A stretch of 64,000 nt of DNA from Verrucomicrobiota bacterium (GTDB lineage Bacteria > Verrucomicrobiota > Verrucomicrobiia > Limisphaerales > UBA11358): positions 33,248 to 97,247 of the forward strand of contig JBEKXN010000003.1 of the NCBI GenBank assembly GCA_049511835.1. Reading direction: 5' to 3'. This document shows positions 29,038-41,100 of this stretch, piece by piece; within the stretch, counting starts at the first letter, position 1; each line of letters opens with the position of its first letter. Position numbers and translations under genes: made by a program. The notes below the pieces were generated by a model. It had not been told where the DNA came from and searched no databases. It worked only from the letters and a program-made list of their open reading frames with translations.

Positions 29038-30494
29038 AACTCGATTTCATCCCGTTCCCCCCGGTTCATCTTCCGGCCATGTCCCAATCGTTGCGCGCTT
29101 TTGGAATCGGATATGCCATTTTACTGCTCATTATTGCCGCGCGGCTGCTGCTGCTACGCAATCGCCATGTCGCCCGACTTGGCGGTCTGACTTGGAAACG
29201 CAGTCAATTCACGCGCGGCTGGCTTATCACCGGCGACACCGGCTCCGGCAAAACATCTTCCGGCATCAACCAACTGGCGCATCAGGCATTTCAAAATGAG
29301 AAAAAATGGGGCGGCCTGTGCATTGACGAAAAGGGCGTCTATTGGGAAACGCTTTCGGCAATGGCGCGGCATTACGAACGCGAAACCGATTTGATTCATT
29401 TGCAAATTCAAGGTGACGGCCAGGCCGGACAAGCCTTGCATCGGTTCAATCTTACCGGCGACCGCAGCATCCCGTTCACAACGTATGCAAAATTCGTGGT
29501 GGACACTGCCACCAGTCTCGGCCAGGGCGGGGATAAGGGCTTTTTCAAGAATCAGGCGCAGACTCACATTGCGTATGCGTTGGAATTGCTTGCCGAATTG
29601 TCACGGCCAGTAACGCTATCCGGCGCGTTGGATGTGCTTTCCAGCAAGCCAAAGCTGGACGAGGAATTGGAGTTTCTGAACAAACTGCCTTTGCAGACAC
29701 CACGCCGCTTTGCCCTGAATTTCCATTTCAAGCATCGTTTTCTCGACCAGCCGGCAGAGCAGCTTGGCGGCGTCCGTGAAACCATTGGCAATTATCTGCA
29801 ATACTTCCTGACGCCTGAAGTCGCGGAAATCTTCTGCGTGGAAACAAGCACGTTCGATTTTTCGGAAATTGATAAGGGCAAAATCATCCTCGTTACCATG
29901 CCGCAGAAATTTCAGACCGAGCGGCGTTATGTGAACACGTTTTTGAAATTGCTCTTTTACAATCACGCCTTGCGCCGGTTCGACCAGCCCAAAAGCCAGC
30001 GCGGGAAAAATAATCTGCTCATCCTGTGGGCGGACGAGGCGCAGCGGTTTATGACCGCCAGCGAGGACGGCACGAGCGATTACAACTGCGTGGACGTGAT
30101 CCGCGAGGCGGGCGCCACCATCGTTGCCGCCGCGCAGTCCACGACATCGCTCATCCCGCCTTTGGGAAACGACAAGTCCAAAGTGCTGACGTTGAATCTT
30201 CGCAACCGGATGATATTTCGTTCCGCCGATGAAGCCGACGCGGTTCAAGCTGCGGATTTTCTCGGCAAAAAGCGCGTCATCAAACGCTCCTGGGGTTCAA
30301 GCGCCGGAAGACGGAACGTAAATTATTCCGAGGCCGAGGAACACAAAATCAAACCGTATCAGCTTCGCACGCTCCGCGACCATGAATGTGTGCTGGTCCA
30401 TTGTGAAAAGGGATTTCGTCGTTTGACCCTGCCGCCGCTGGAAGCCAATGGGCAAGTCGCTAAATGGTTCTCCTTGTGGCGAAAATTATTCTGA
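29034..30494 (+). CDS. virD4: Type IV coupling protein (VirD4/TraD-like)
   Basis: N-terminal TM, Walker A GDTGSGKT, Walker B WADEAQRF, AAAQS. Confidence 0.85.
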   Translation: MKLDFIPFPPVHLPAMSQSLRAFGIGYAILLLIIAARLLLLRNRHVARLGGLTWKRSQFTRGWLITGDTGSGKTSSGINQLAHQAFQNEKKWGGLCIDEKGVYWETLSAMARHYERETDLIHLQIQGDGQAGQALHRFNLTGDRSIPFTTYAKFVVDTATSLGQGGDKGFFKNQAQTHIAYALELLAELSRPVTLSGALDVLSSKPKLDEELEFLNKLPLQTPRRFALNFHFKHRFLDQPAEQLGGVRETIGNYLQYFLTPEVAEIFCVETSTFDFSEIDKGKIILVTMPQKFQTERRYVNTFLKLLFYNHALRRFDQPKSQRGKNNLLILWADEAQRFMTASEDGTSDYNCVDVIREAGATIVAAAQSTTSLIPPLGNDKSKVLTLNLRNRMIFRSADEADAVQAADFLGKKRVIKRSWGSSAGRRNVNYSEAEEHKIKPYQLRTLRDHECVLVHCEKGFRRLTLPPLEANGQVAKWFSLWRKLF

Positions 30495-30506
30495 ATCAAC
30501 CTACCA

Positions 30507-30824
30507 ATGAAAACACAAAAGGAAATCCTCAAATGGTTGCAGGCCAACCTTGGAAAACACAGCACGGCACCCCTGACCAGCACTGATTGTTACGCGCTTG
30601 TGACCAGCGTGAACCTTTGCAGTCTCATCGGTTACTCATCTGCGCCGCCAGAGCTTTTCCTTGCCTATCGTGCCATCGTCCGACAAATGCAACGGCATAC
30701 GAGGGGATTAGCCTATCATGCCATCGCTTGTGAGTTGGACTGGCCTCATCGTGACATGATTTGGGATTTGGCAAGGCTTGAAGATGAGGACAAGCCAAAA
30801 TGTAAATGCGCGTTTGAGCAATAA
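30507..30824 (+). CDS. Hypothetical protein
   Basis: 105-aa ORF following coupling protein. Confidence 0.55.
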   Translation: MKTQKEILKWLQANLGKHSTAPLTSTDCYALVTSVNLCSLIGYSSAPPELFLAYRAIVRQMQRHTRGLAYHAIACELDWPHRDMIWDLARLEDEDKPKCKCAFEQ

Positions 30825-30865
30825 GGCGGATGCACTCGTCATCAGGAATGATTCCTTTGAAAAAA

Positions 30866-31078
30866 TCAATTTTGACTTGGCCAATCTTTACGAGCGCCGA
30901 TATGCAAAGACAAACCGGCATCGGCGAGGCGGGACAAGCTCTCCATCACTTCTTCGTAGTTGTCTCCAATCACCCACGGATAAGCAATCATTACCCGCGA
31001 AACCCCGTTCGCTTTAGCTTCCATGCAAAGCCGAATGAAACCCGCAAACTTCTTTTCGTAATTCGGCGGCGTCTTCAT
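30866..31078 (-). CDS. Hypothetical protein
   Basis: 70-aa ORF co-oriented with upstream basic protein. Confidence 0.55.
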   Translation of the reverse strand: MKTPPNYEKKFAGFIRLCMEAKANGVSRVMIAYPWVIGDNYEEVMESLSRLADAGLSLHIGARKDWPSQN

Positions 31079-31098
31079 CGTTTTTGGAAAATTAGCCG

Positions 31099-31329
31099 CT
31101 ATTTTTTTGCCGCTTTAACTCTTGCCCACCGCGCTTTTGCCGCAGCAGCGATTCTGGCTCTGCCCGCCGCACTCATCTTGTGCCGTTTCTTTGGAACAGC
31201 GACGGACACAGGCTTGGATGAAGAACCCAAAATACGCTCAAGCTCTTTTCCAAGTGATTGGATTTTGTCTTTGATGTTGGCGGCGCGACGTAGTTGTTTG
31301 GCTGACAGGCTGGCAATGGATGCACTCAT
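31099..31329 (-). CDS. Small basic nucleoid-associated-like protein (H-NS-like architecture)
   Basis: N-terminal coiled coil (LSAKQLRRAANIKDKIQSL), linker, KMSAAGRARIAAAAKARWARVKAAKK. Confidence 0.65.
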   Translation of the reverse strand: MSASIASLSAKQLRRAANIKDKIQSLGKELERILGSSSKPVSVAVPKKRHKMSAAGRARIAAAAKARWARVKAAKK

Positions 31330-31701
31330 GGCGCCAGTTAGAAACTTTTGGCCCCAAAAGTCAACCATCGGTTGGCGGAGGTTTATTCTATGAATGTCTC
31401 GGCTCGCACTAACCACTCATGTTCCAAAGCGCGAAGCGCCATAGCCGTCAGTATCGGCAATAAAAAATCTTAAACTATTTTTCGCCTTGAAAACATTGAA
31501 TGAAAACGGTGTTGAAGTTGAAAATCAGCCGAGTCGCCCCGCGTAAAATCAGCGTGCTTTTGTGTCAAGTGGCGGTGGCAACAGTGATTCCGTTCAATGT
31601 TTCCAAGGCTTCAGTCGCCAAATTTTCAATTCAGCAAAAATGCGCCTGATAAAATAGTGGTGTCGTTGAATGAATCAGCGACGTAACCGAAAAAGCAAAT
31701 T

Positions 31702-31929
31702 ATGGAAACAAATGAAATGACGGACACGCTCAAAAGCATCAACACCACTCCGCACCTTTGCCGGAGCAAGGTGAAACAAACCGCGCTGGAAATTGCCGCC
31801 GCGATCCGGCCAGCCAACAAGTTCAGCCGGGTTGGTATGAGTTTCGTTGAACGCATCGAAGCGAAAGTCCGTGCCGCCATCCGCGAGGAAGTCAGGATTC
31901 ATCCCAGCAAGGGCAAAACGCTTTTATGA
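31702..31929 (+). CDS. Small protein with candidate truncated histone fold
   Basis: SKVKQ (alpha1)...SRVG (L1)...long amphipathic helix...GKTL (L2); no alpha3. Confidence 0.5.
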   Translation: METNEMTDTLKSINTTPHLCRSKVKQTALEIAAAIRPANKFSRVGMSFVERIEAKVRAAIREEVRIHPSKGKTLL

Positions 31930-32014
31930 TGCGACCACGAGGAAAACAGCATTGATGTTCAAATTTGCGGCGTTGATTTTTCCGTGTTCAGCCGCCTGCT
32001 TTGGGCGCTTCCGG

Positions 32015-32233
32015 TCAAAGCTCGCTGACAATATCGCGCAGGTGAACTTTTAACGCCCTCGCAATCCGCAGGAGGACATCCACCGTCGGCACCCGGTAGC
32101 CACGCTCAATTTGTCCCATATAGACCGGATTAATGTCTATCCGCTCGGCCAGTTTTTCCTGGGTCAAACCAGCTTGCTTGCGGTATTTACGAATACCTTC
32201 ACCCAATAGTTTGCGATCTTTTTTGGTGACCAT
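32015..32233 (-). CDS. XRE-family HTH regulator
   Basis: LGEGIRKYRKQAGLTQEKLAE..YMGQIERG. Confidence 0.9.
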   Translation of the reverse strand: MVTKKDRKLLGEGIRKYRKQAGLTQEKLAERIDINPVYMGQIERGYRVPTVDVLLRIARALKVHLRDIVSEL

Positions 32234-32421
32234 TCTTGGCCAGAAAGCCAAGCAGGGAGTGGGCAAAGCGCACAGATTCTATTAGCTATCATTTTTATTC
32301 TTGCATTTTGCCATAAAAAATTTAGAAACATAGCGGAATGAATCAGAAGGTAATGGCGACAGGGGAATGTGCCAGGATCGCTGCACACTTTCCTTTTACA
32401 GCGGTTCGCGGTTCGCGGTGC

Positions 32422-32643
32422 TCACAGTTCGTCAACCAGATCACGCACCCGAATGCCAAGGGCCTTGGCAATTCGCATAAGGGCATGAACACTGGCCGAT
32501 TCCTCACCGCGTTCCAATTCGCCAATGTAAACCGGATGCAAGTCAGCTTTTTCCGCCAGTCTTTCCTGACTCATTTTGGCGCGCTTTCTGAATCGGCGAA
32601 TAGCTTCGCCGATGATTTTCGGATGTCGCAACGTTTTAGCCAC
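32422..32643 (-). CDS. XRE-family HTH regulator
   Basis: IGEAIRRFRKRAKMSQERLAE..YIGELERG. Confidence 0.9.
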   Translation of the reverse strand: MAKTLRHPKIIGEAIRRFRKRAKMSQERLAEKADLHPVYIGELERGEESASVHALMRIAKALGIRVRDLVDEL

Positions 32644-32791
32644 GCCCTTTCAGGCAAGCAGGAAGCAGGCGCAAACGACACAGTGAATAGCCCTTTATTT
32701 TGTTCTTGCAGTTTTTCTACAACAGGTTTAGAAATAGACGACAATCTTGAAAAGCTAGTTGGATAAACTGGTGATTATGCGGGAGTGGTTT

Positions 32792-33169
32792 ATGGCAGAT
32801 AAGGTAAAAATTCTGGTGATCGAAGATGAGCCGGGCATTTCGTTGATGATGGCGTATTTGCTCAGTGCGGCCGGGTGCGAAGTGCAAACCGCATGGAATG
32901 CGGAACGGGGAATAAAGCTGGCTCAGACCCTGGAATTCGATTTGATCACGCTGGATATGAACATGCCAGGTGGCTTTGAAATTTGCAGTTCGTTAAAGGA
33001 AAATCCTTTTTTTCAAACTCCCATCGCTTTTGTTTCCACCAAATTTTGTGAGGGCGGCATTCAGCGGGGTCGTGATCTTGGCGTGGCGGATTTCATTAAG
33101 AAACCATTTGTGGCATCCGATTTTGTCCCGCGCATTCTTTCCCTCGTTGGAGAAAGCGTAATGGCATGA
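32792..33169 (+). CDS. Single-domain response regulator (REC)
   Basis: ILVIEDE, TLDMNMP, KKPF. Confidence 0.88.
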   Translation: MADKVKILVIEDEPGISLMMAYLLSAAGCEVQTAWNAERGIKLAQTLEFDLITLDMNMPGGFEICSSLKENPFFQTPIAFVSTKFCEGGIQRGRDLGVADFIKKPFVASDFVPRILSLVGESVMA

Positions 33170-33242
33170 CAAATCTATTCCAACAATTTGATTGGGGAGC
33201 GCTGTTTTTGGAAAAGCGCACGCGAACTGCTTTGGCGGGAAT

Positions 33243-33467
33243 TCAACTGCCTTTCTTTGGCAAACGCTTTTTGGCAGCGGCCAGACGTTCACGCGCAATT
33301 TCCAAATCATCGTTGCCATCGCAAAATTCAATGAGCAGTTTAGCCAAGGCAATCAGATGTTCCACTTGGAAACTCAACGGGCGACGGCGGCGGCGGCACA
33401 TGGCTTCCAATTCCGTACGCTGTTCTTCGGACATGCGGATGTTGAACTGGAGTGTTTTTTTCGCCAC
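33243..33467 (-). CDS. Ribbon-helix-helix (Arc-like) protein
   Basis: KTLQFNIRMSEEQRTELEAMC..PLSFQVEHLI; GTG start assumed. Confidence 0.5.
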   Translation of the reverse strand: MAKKTLQFNIRMSEEQRTELEAMCRRRRRPLSFQVEHLIALAKLLIEFCDGNDDLEIARERLAAAKKRLPKKGS

Positions 33468-33688
33468 ACCCGAAGCGTGCCAGATGGGAATTTTGAACTC
33501 ATGGCGAAATATGATTGACAACGGGATACATTGCTATGATAAATCCCGGAGATATGTTTCTCCAAAGTCACAGAAAATATCTCGACTGAACGGGGACTCA
33601 TGCCGCAAGATTTTAAGGCCAGATGAATTGGGCGCACTCAGCCAAGCTGCGGGGGCAAAAGGGGGGCAACTTCCAAAAGGTAAACTCT

Positions 33689-35158
33689 ATGAAAACTGTT
33701 AATCACATTAAATTGAACTGTCATTTACTAAGACTAATAGCCCTCATAATTCTCCTCTGCTCTCTGGCGGGGGCGGCTTATGCCCAGGTTCCTTCGCCTG
33801 GCGGAAAATACGGCCCCACCAATACGCCGCTGGATTCATGGTCTTTCAATGACCATTCAAATTGGATGAGCGATTCGGGATACTTACCAATATCATTCAC
33901 CAATCTTAATTTCGTCATGATTGGCAACGGCAAATCGCTGATGGTGGACACCAATGTTCCGGCCTGGTTGCAATACAACGTCTATGAAAATGATGGAACC
34001 ACGAACCTGACGGTTGATTCAGGCTCCGTAACTTTCTGGTTCGCGCCATCATCATGGTCGAGTACGAATGCGGGTGGAACGGGGCCGGGCGAATGGGGAC
34101 GCCTGTTTGAAGTTGGAGGCTACACGTCCGATTCCAGTTACGGCCTTTGGAGCATCTATGTTGATGATGGCGGCAACAACATCTATTTCTCGGCACAGAC
34201 CAATGACTTATCGAGCAGCCTCACTACCTACCTTTCCGCCCCGATCTCTTGGACTACAAATTTTTTCCACTTTCTTGCCCTGACCTACTCCTCAACACAG
34301 ACGGTACTTTACATTGACGGGGTGCAGATAACCAATGGCCCCGGCGTTACGGTTTATCCTGGCCCCGAGGTTCTTACCAACGGGTTTTACTTGGGAAGCG
34401 ATTCCAACGGAGTATTGGAAGCCCGCGGGTTTTATAATACAGTGGCAACCTACAACTATCCGCTCAATTCCAATGATGTTCAGACCATCTTCAATTGGGA
34501 ATTCACCGCTTACCAGATCAGTCCGTGGAACATGGCGATGTTCATTTCTTCCGCGCCGTCCAGTCCGTCCTCTCTGCCAAGCACCTATGACATCATCACC
34601 GGAATGGGCTTTCTGCAACTGGTGGGTTCAGTCACGCCCAATTACAGCACCAACGCGAACGTCGTTTGGCTTACCAATCTCACGTCAACAGTGGGAATCA
34701 ACGGCACCAACCTCGTAACGTTCACGATACAGGGTGGATTACCGGGATATTATTACGATGTGTTCGCTACCGGGGCATTGCAGCCGATTGCGAACGCCGT
34801 CTGGTATTGGATGGGACGAGGAAATTCTGCCAATACCTATACTCTGCCTATCGTCAGTCAAGATGCCTTTCTGATGCTAGGAACTCCGCAAGACTCTGAT
34901 GGTGATGGACTTACAGATGCTTACGAAAATTTAATTTCCAAGACAAATCCCTACAATGCCGACACGGACGGCGACGGCATTTCCGATTCAGACGAGATAT
35001 TGAACGGCACCAACCCTTTGATTTCCAACACCGGCTGGAAACTGGACACGGACAATGACGGTCTGCCGGACAATTACGAAACCCAAGTCGGATTGAACCC
35101 CAATTCAGCCGAAGCTGCACCGAGCTTGCCGACATTCAGCGCGAACCCAATTCAGTAA
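33689..35158 (+). CDS. Secreted LamG-like jellyroll protein with DxDxDG Ca-binding repeats
   Basis: Signal peptide (..AGAAYAQ), FHFLALTY..LYIDG, DSDGDGLTD/DTDGDGISD/DTDNDGLPD. Confidence 0.75.
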   Translation: MKTVNHIKLNCHLLRLIALIILLCSLAGAAYAQVPSPGGKYGPTNTPLDSWSFNDHSNWMSDSGYLPISFTNLNFVMIGNGKSLMVDTNVPAWLQYNVYENDGTTNLTVDSGSVTFWFAPSSWSSTNAGGTGPGEWGRLFEVGGYTSDSSYGLWSIYVDDGGNNIYFSAQTNDLSSSLTTYLSAPISWTTNFFHFLALTYSSTQTVLYIDGVQITNGPGVTVYPGPEVLTNGFYLGSDSNGVLEARGFYNTVATYNYPLNSNDVQTIFNWEFTAYQISPWNMAMFISSAPSSPSSLPSTYDIITGMGFLQLVGSVTPNYSTNANVVWLTNLTSTVGINGTNLVTFTIQGGLPGYYYDVFATGALQPIANAVWYWMGRGNSANTYTLPIVSQDAFLMLGTPQDSDGDGLTDAYENLISKTNPYNADTDGDGISDSDEILNGTNPLISNTGWKLDTDNDGLPDNYETQVGLNPNSAEAAPSLPTFSANPIQ

Positions 35159-35186
35159 TCAGAATCGAAAAACCGACAGGAATTTT

Positions 35187-38100
35187 ATGGAAATTATGAA
35201 AAAAATCAAACGTTTTTCAGTCGCGTTTATTATCCTATGGACGACCTTGGAGAACTGCCCGGCTCAGATAGGAAATACTGGCACCAGCGGCGGCCCGAAT
35301 TCCGCCGCCGACCAGCAAGTTCAAGCCGCCGACCTGTTGGGCAAGAGGGGGCAACAAAAGGTGGATTTGTTCACGGGCAGTTTCGGTTATTCGATTCCCA
35401 TCGCGTGCGCGCCCGCGCGGAATGGTTCGGAACCGAATCTGGCTTTGGGGTATTCTTCGGCGGAAGAAAACGGCTGGTGCGGCATGGGTTGGAAGCTGGA
35501 GATTGGCTCCATTGAGCGCAATACGCGGGATGGCATTCCCATCGCGTATTCGACCGGCGCGACCCCGGCTCCGTTGACTCAATATGACAACAGCAAAGGA
35601 TTCATGCTTAATCTGTTGGGCAAAGGGTATAAATTGTTTTCGGTGGCAACCAATGGAGCACTCGTCGAATATCGGGCGGAGGTGGATACCGAATTTTTGC
35701 GGTGCTTTTGCGATACGAACCACAACAATTGGACGGTCTATGACAAGAGCGGCACTGCCTATTACTTCGGCGAGAGCACCGGCTCCCGCATGACCAACCC
35801 CAAGTCGGGTTGGGGAACCAATTACACAGCCACATTTCATTGGGCGCTGGACCAGATCGTCACCGCCACCGGGGACTGGACCACAATTGCCTATACCAAC
35901 TACACCAGCCCCTTTACCGGCCTGCCGGAAAGAACCCTTTATCCCGCTCAAATTGCCTACAACGGCCACACCAATGTTAACAGCTATGCAGCCAATGCTG
36001 TCGGACCGGACAAAATCATCTTTCAAACTGAGGTTCGGACCAACGATTGGCACTTTTCCTATCGGTCGGGTTTCCGTGCCGAGCAAGACCGGCGATTAAC
36101 CAACATTTTATGTCAGGCCGGATCACAATACGTCTGGAGCTATAAACTCAAGTATGGAATTTCCCCGGCAACCGCCCGCTCTCTGCTGACGAATATGGTC
36201 GTTTATGGTTTCGATGCGAGTAGCAACGCCACCGCATTTTTAACCAACACATTCGCTTATCAGGCAAACCCCAACGGCATATCGTTTGGTTCCACCATTA
36301 TGTGGACCAACATGATTTTGAACACGCCCGGCACCAGTTCGGGTTCTTATGAGCCGGAGGTGGCGGAAGTTGATGATAGAGGTGGATTTAGTTACACGGT
36401 TGCCGATCTGATGGACATAGACGGGGATGGCTTGCCCGACCGGGTGAGTTATGACAACTCAACTTCACCGCGCCGGTATCAGGTGCAAAAAAATCTAGGG
36501 ATGCAGGGCGCCAGCGGTTCATTCGGCTCGCGTTATGCCTTTGGCCCCACCTCCACCGGCCCCGGTTCGCCCAGCAGTTCCAATCCCATTCCCGATGGCA
36601 GCGACTATGACGAACTAAACACTCCCTACGGGCGCATTCGGGACATCAACGGGGATGGTTTACCCGACCGGGTGATGGACTATTGGGCTGCCATGAATTC
36701 AGTATTCAACACCCCGCCTTACACGCCCTTTACCAATTATGAAGTTCAGGTGAATACGGGACAGGGATTTTCCGGGGTGACGGCCTGGCCGGTGTCAACC
36801 GGGCCGCTGGCGATGAGCGACGTCAATTCAAGCTTTTATTTTTGCGTGGAATCCGGCGGACCGAACGTGGGGTTGTTCGACATCAATGGCGATGGAATGC
36901 CCGACCGGGTGATGTCGGGCTGGTACACTCAAGGGGCGATGACCAATTTCATGGTGCAGTTCAACACTGGCACCAATTTCACTCAGCCAAAGATATTTGG
37001 TCCCTACCGCAGTCAGAATTGGAATAATTACCCAGGAGGGCAGATTGCAAATTATCCGCCCTACTATTGGGCGGGCATAGAAGCTCCAGAATCCCACATG
37101 ATTGACATTAATGGCGATGGTTTGCCGGATCATATCATGTGGCCGATGAATCCAAGCAATGTGGGGGCTGAATTGCCTCATCCAGCTTCTTTCTTCGCCA
37201 CGGAATATAACGATGGCTATTCCTTTGAATCCACCAATTCGTCCACCAGCGTCCCCGGTGCTGCCGACCAATGGCCGGGAGTCGTCGCCCAGGCGAATAA
37301 CGGCATGATTACTTATGGCACGACCACTTTTTATTCTGATGCCATTTGGGATTTGCCGTTTGCGGGTTTGTATGATCTTAACGGCGACGGACTGCCGGAT
37401 CGCGTCGTGCTTGATCAAACCTCCTTGAACACCTCAACCACAAGGTGGTTTGTTTATTTGAATAACGGCCACGGCTTCAATACCACGCCCATTACTGTGA
37501 CCAACATCGAGAACCAAGGCCATTATAGCACGAGCACTGATGCTCCCTGGTGGAGTCCGCAAGGTTCCGTGGATGGCTACGGCAACGTAACCACTTTGAT
37601 TGATATAGACGGTGACGGGTTGCTGGACCGGGTGATGGCGGTATATTTTAACGGCACCCCCACAGCTAATTATTTTCTGGTTCAATTGAACAACGGGCCA
37701 TTCCCGGATTTGTTGACCAATATCAACAATGGTGTCGGCGGCAATCTCGGCGTCACCTACAACTCGACTGCTGACTACGATAATCGGGTGGACCCCACCA
37801 ATCCCAATTCCGTCAGTCACATGCCCTTTCCGCATCAGATAACGGCGGCAGTGACCGCATCCGATGGCATCAATCTGGCGCAAGCGACGACCTACGGCTA
37901 CGCGGGCGGCTTCTTTGACGGGGTTCGCCGCGAGTTGCACGGGTTCGCCGTGGTTAGTGTCACCGATCCCACCTCGCGCACGACCATAAATTATTTCCAC
38001 ACGGGAGGCGGCAGAAACTATTCAGGTTTGGGAGAATATCAGGACACCAATTCCGTGGCGGGCAACTTCGCCAAATCGGGAATGGCCTACCGGGTTGAAA

Positions 38101-41100
38101 CCTACGGGAATGACAATAAACTCTACCATGTCAAGGTCAATCAGGTTGACCAGACCAGTTTGGGCAATGGCCGTTATTTCCCGTTTACGACGCTGACCTT
38201 TGACTGCGATTATCCCGGAAATGGCACGCCCAAAGTCACGGCCACAGACTTTGCTTACGATACAACCACCGGCAATGTGACCAATAAAGTCGAATACGGT
38301 TTGGTGAATAGTTTCAATCCGACCAATGTTGGCAGTTTTTCCTTCTCGGATGCGGATGGCACGGACACAAAATTCCATAAAACTCACTACGCAACACTCA
38401 GCACTAACAGTTATATCCTCGACCACGAGGACGATGTCACCCTCACGGATACAAACAACAATGTGATTCAGGAAACGAAATATACATATGACCAGTCCAG
38501 TGGCGCGATTGCTACAAAGCTGACAATGATTTCATCCGGTTACTATGCCACCAACAGTTATGGCAATTATACTTCGTATGGAATGGTCGGCACGACCACG
38601 GACCCTGTCGGTGTCTCGACCTCCATTGCCTACGATTCCACTTACAATACTTATCCGGCAACGAAAACAACCGGGGGCTTCCAGACCACGACCAGTTACG
38701 ATGCGCGTTCGGGCGCGCTTGTATCTTCCACCGACCCAACGGGTATCACCATCAGCAATAGTTTTGACATTTTCCTGCGTCCGACTGAAACGGACAAAAT
38801 TCCCGTTGGCGGCGGCTCATCCATCTGGACGAAAAAGTTTGGCTATCCGGCCACGTTGAAATCCATCGCCTCCGGTATGGCGACGAATTACACCGATACG
38901 GTGATTAATGACGGTGTCGGCGGGTACACCAATCGAACCTACATTGATGGATTTGGGCGAACCGTCCAGTCGCGCAACCAGGGTGAAAACGGAAATTACC
39001 GGGTGGTATCAACCGCCTATGACGGGCGCGGCAAAGTCCTCCTGACCACTTGGCCAATTTTTGATACTGCCATCGGTTTCAAAAAACCATCAGGCAATCC
39101 GATGGCCACATGGATTGGTTACGATGCCGCCGGGCGCATGGCCACCAATCGCGCTGTCACCGTCACATTCGATTCCAACGGTGCGTTCAGCAGCAAGACC
39201 GACAGTGCAGGAGACACAGGCACTTCACCTTTGGCGGCCAAGACTTGGAGCTATGTGAATGGCACCGATCCGTGGTGGGTTATTTTCACGGATGAAGATG
39301 GCAAGGTGCGCCGCTACGGTCTGGATGCCTTTGGGCGCACCAATCAGATTCAGGAGGTGGACGGCAGCAGCATCTACACCAACTTATTGAAATATGATCT
39401 GGCCAATAACCTGACCAACATCGTCAACGCCAATGGCGAGAACACCTTTTGGGCCTACGACAATGCCGGCAATATGACGGCGATGGCCGACCCCTATCTC
39501 GGCCAGTGGAAATATCTGCGGGATTTTGCCGGCCGGATCCGCGTGCAAACGGACGGACGCGGGGATGTCATCAAACTGAATTACGCAAATTCGTCCGGCC
39601 AAGATCCATTGGGCCGGATACTGAGCAAGGAAATTTACAGCCTCAATTATTCAAACCAGACGCTCGTTCCAGTTTTCACCAATACCTACGTTTATGACAA
39701 CAGTGACGACGGCAATTACACGGTGTTTCCGGGGCTGCTCTATAAAACAACCGACAGCGAGGGCTTTGAAAAAAACAGCTATGATTCGCGCGCGCGGCTG
39801 GTGAAAACCACGCGCCACTTGAACATCATCAACTTTGACTACACCACCAGCTACACCTACAACGACGGGGACAAAGTCACGTCCACCGCCTATCCAAACT
39901 CTGGCCCGGTCATCACCAACTCCTACTTCCACTGCGGCAGCCTCAGTTCGGTGTCTCGCAGCGGCGGCAGCGCCTATTACACGATCAGCGCGGGAAGTTA
40001 TGATGAATTCGGGCACGCGACTAATTTTTTATATGACAATGGTGTGACCACCAGCCGCAGTTACTATTCCGTGTCCAAACGTTTGAAAAACATCTCGGCA
40101 ATTTCTAGCGGCTCGATCTTCAGCCGGACTTTCACCTACACGCCCGGCGACGACATCGCTTCCCTCAGCGGCACCGGCCTCACCAACACAATGAGCATGA
40201 CGTATGATAATCTGCACCGCCTCAAGAGCTACACGGGAACGGGAGGCTTGTCTGGCAATTATGGATACGACGCTGTTGGCACCATCACCAACAACATCGA
40301 AGGTGGTGGTTCCAGTTACGGTTACGGCGTCCGGCGGCCACAGGCTGTCAAGAGCGCCTTCGGCTGCACTTATCTTTACGACTTGTGCGGCAACATGATT
40401 GTGCGGCGCGCGGGCGCGACCAACTCACAGTCGCTGGTCTATGACGCGCAAAACCGGCTGGTGCGTGTGGCCCAGGCAGGGACGAACTTCATGCTGGTGA
40501 AATTCGGCTACGCGGCGGACGACGCGCGCTTATGGAAATGGAACAATCAGACGCCGACCAATCTTCAAGTTTGGATTGGAAATATCTACGAGGAAAAAGG
40601 CGGCAAGAAGTTGTTCCATGTTTATGCCGGAGGCCAACTGGTTTGCACGTTTGAAACGAATTCGGTGCTCTATGGTGGAACCGATACGAACAAGGTTGGC
40701 TACTATTACCACCAAGACCAACTGACCTCATCCAGTGTATTGAGCGATTCATCGGGCAACCAGACGGAAGTGAACGCCTATTATCCTTTCGGGCGGACGC
40801 AGACGGCCAGCCCGCAGGCGGGCTTCCAGGTGTCACGCCGGTTCACCGGGCAGATACTGGATGCGGAAACCGGCCTTTACTATTACAACTTCCGCTATTA
40901 CGACCCTGAGTTAGGGCGATTCATTCAAGCGGATGATCGAATTCCAGACCTCAGCAATCCGCAAAGCTATAACCGTTACAGCTATTGCCTCAATAACCCG
41001 TTACGCTATACTGACCCGGATGGCCACGGTTTCTGGAGCACCGTCGGTTCGTTTTTCAACGCGGAGACATACAAGAGCTCTTACCAGTTGGCAACGATGC

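Noticed and set aside
31575-31583. 9-bp match to the integrase arm repeat (GTGGCAACA)
   Set aside because: A single 9-mer in 64 kb on both strands is expected by chance
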